A stretch of 64,000 nucleotides of DNA from Macrostomum lignano (Eukaryota), in the NCBI GenBank assembly GCA_002269645.1, contig NIVC01003909.1:1-64000 (forward strand), in the 5' to 3' direction. Under the pieces are notes generated by a model that saw only the letters and a program-made list of their open reading frames with translations, made no database searches and was not told the origin of the DNA. Made by a program: the position numbers and the translations under genes. Every line of letters starts with the position of its first letter. Position 1 is the first letter of the stretch. Positions 61,524 through 64,000 of this stretch are shown here, in pieces.

Positions 61524-61793
61524 TTATCCAATTAGTAGGATACATTTTTCTGCCTCCCAGCTGCCTCCCAGCGAGGTCGCAATGGACGTGAGCACCAATG
61601 CGCTTATGAACCGGTCGAACAGGCTGTAGGTGCCCAGCAGGAAGGTGAGCCAGATGACGCGACCCAAGGTGCCGGACTGGGAAGAGAACCGGTCGAGTCC
61701 GTGAGCGGAGGTGTAGCCGCAGAAATCGGACACACACTTGGTTACCTTCTGGGGCGGTGAACTTTTCTTGTTGTTCGCCTTGTTGCTTCTCAT
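61524..61793 (-). pseudogene. N-terminal fragment of a second DEG/ENaC channel
   Basis: VSDFCGYTSAHGLDRF...GRVIWLTFLLG: the conserved F...T..HG pre-TM1 motif followed by TM1. No further channel exons were recognised to its left. Confidence 0.6.
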
Positions 61794-64000
61794 CAGCCTG
61801 AAGGCCTTCCTCGGTCTGCCGCTCGGAGTCCATCAGTTAGGAGCGAGACTGAGCTAGGATGCAGACAGTTTTTTCTAATTAGAATTAGAAATAGCGTAAC
61901 TTAAAATGTATGGCGTTGAGTAAAGGCCGCCAATGCGTTCAGAATTTATAAGAGTTATAGTTAAATGGAAAGAAGGTATTTATTGGAATTTATTTGGCTT
62001 GGAATTTATAATGCAGATAGAAGTATGCCTGGGCGTCATTTATTTGTTATTTTTCTTCAGAATGCGCAGTTTTTAATTCTTAAGAAACGACAGACAAAAC
62101 TGCTAATAGAGTGAGGTTTTGAGTATTCTAGGCTACGGTGTTGCTCTCAGAGCGGGTTGAACTGAAAATTTGTTTGCTTCTATAGTTATCCGGGCCATTT
62201 GCTAGATAAATTTCTGCCTGAACCTTTTAAGCGTTTAACCTGAAGCGTTTAACTGGGCCTCTCTAGCGGCCTGGAGCCACCATTCCTGCCGTCTCATGAT
62301 CGACCACCTTAGCAAAGTACTCGTATAAATCGATCTCTAATTGGTACTTTTAGTAGCTTAGGTGCTCTTTTTAGGACTAATTTGTTTGAAGAAAATATCA
62401 TCACAGACAACTGAAGTAAAGGGTTTACACCGTAAAAAGTTCTTTTAAAAGAACTGCTTGCAACTCTCTTTCGATCGTTGTATCACGTGACTGAATTCAG
62501 TTCTGACTTATATGGTCAAAGGGGGTCATGCTGCAATGGTGCAATAAAGTTTTCCACGCAAAATGGTTTTCTTGTTCTCATCTGCGATTCCATGAAGAAT
62601 AATCCTGGTGAAAGCTTCACGTGATTGTTAATAACTCCGGCATCTGACGGCCAGAAAACGTCTAAAGAAAAGGCGCTACACCGGTCAGGTTGCTCCCAGG
62701 GACTACTAATCTGTTTTAGTAGTCCCTGGTTGGGCGTAGGAGACTAGCCAGCATTTGTTTTGGGGGGGCGTTTTATGGGTCGTGTTCCCTGTTTGCCGCT
62801 GTTTACCGAACCGAGAACATCCTACGGCTCATGCAGTTCCTCCGAGGGAATATTATAATGAAAGCATGCACATTGTAGAATGAAAGGCTTAGAAGAGAGA
62901 AGTGAGATAAGGTTAAATACAGTAAACAATTTTCCCCATGTTGCTATGGCTGCAACAGCCGCAGAGCCTTGCTATGAGCGGCTGTTGTCGAGCTGGGCTA
63001 GGCTGCGCTGTACTCTCCCATGGGTCCGGACTTACAACCCATCTCTGCGGTTAAACTGCATCACTGCAAAAGTAACAACCTGTTGTGTCTCGTGCGTGGG
63101 AGTTGGAGTTGTTTTCATTCATTCGGTTTCGTTTGTCATTTTAACTCCATGCGTGCGTGTAACTTTAATGTACACCGTGGCTGTTTTAGCCATGGGGTGG
63201 CCGATATTGTTGCTCGATAACAATACATTGTATCGTTCGGCAAGTGCGCTGGCACTGTCGTCTTCGCCTCGCAATCTATCTCATCTTATTAACACAACCC
63301 TAGCTTAAACATTTCCAGCCACTCATAGAATGCTATTGTTAGTAGCAATGCAAGAAAATAACTTTAGTAGAAGCTTGCTAAGTCTAAAAATTGTGCTACT
63401 CAAATTCTACTTATGACAGGCACATGCGATTAAATAGAGGAAAACCTCAACTTTATTCAAGAGTTCCATACTTTATATTGGTGGTTTCCAGTGCTTACTT
63501 GCTATTGGAGGGCAGTAAGCTACGGCTCGTTGTAAGGCCATTCCTGCGAGAGTAAAGGCGAGCAGCGGCGATCAACGATGCAGTTGCGTGCATGTAAATG
63601 AATTTGGGTTAAACAGTGTCAACTTTAAAGGAAGGTAGTAGCTATTTCAAGCTGAGTATTAACAAGGTTTGTTGGGTAGCTTTAGCTTAAAATTCCCTCT
63701 CCCCACGGTTATAGTGACTCCGCCAGTGGCTGAGCTGCCCCCCTCTGAGCAACTGTTGCATTATAAAAAATTGAATAACATTGAGTCCTCTTGAATGCTT
63801 GAATAATATTGACTGCTGTGGCAGTCAATATCCAGGCCCGATTCCACAGTTGCAGTTATCCCCCCAACCTCTACAGACCCCTCTCCCTGCCAGAATGGTT
63901 CATAATCCACAGTTGGCTTGATGGATTTGAATATTCTTCAATTAGGGATTCAAGCAACTTTTAGCTTTTTACGAGCTAATATCCAGCTCCAATTTTTCAT

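Overview
Repeat-rich genomic DNA from an invertebrate animal. It has GT-AG spliceosomal introns, TTAGGG telomeric hexamers, many unrelated minisatellites and GC3-rich exons. The style fits a free-living flatworm such as Macrostomum, but that is an unverified inference. Host genes: a complete five-exon LARGE-type xylosyl/glucuronyltransferase (-), a complete two-exon DEG/ENaC channel (+), an N-terminal fragment of a second DEG/ENaC (-), a tandem family of three F-type lectin (fucolectin/FTP) genes (two with signal-peptide exons, one decayed) and a degenerate fibrinogen-related gene. The best novel candidate is an intronless 78-aa secreted precursor at 26014-26250 (-). It has a signal peptide, an acidic propiece and the Arg/Trp/Phe-rich C-terminal peptide KWFVRWRRRRWRFRFFR-G, with its own TATA box and AATAAA, which is the architecture of an amidated cationic antimicrobial peptide. 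Mobile DNA: a young Ty3/gypsy element with identical LTRs, an older decayed Ty3/gypsy, a truncated third one, a young internally deleted BEL/Pao element, a TRIM-like LTR element, a Penelope-like element with inverted pseudo-LTRs and a hammerhead ribozyme, a Foldback/Mutator-like palindrome carrying a Tc1/IS630-like element at its centre, two tRNA-derived SINEs, and LINE and P-element remnants. All calls come from reading the sequence; no database searches were run.
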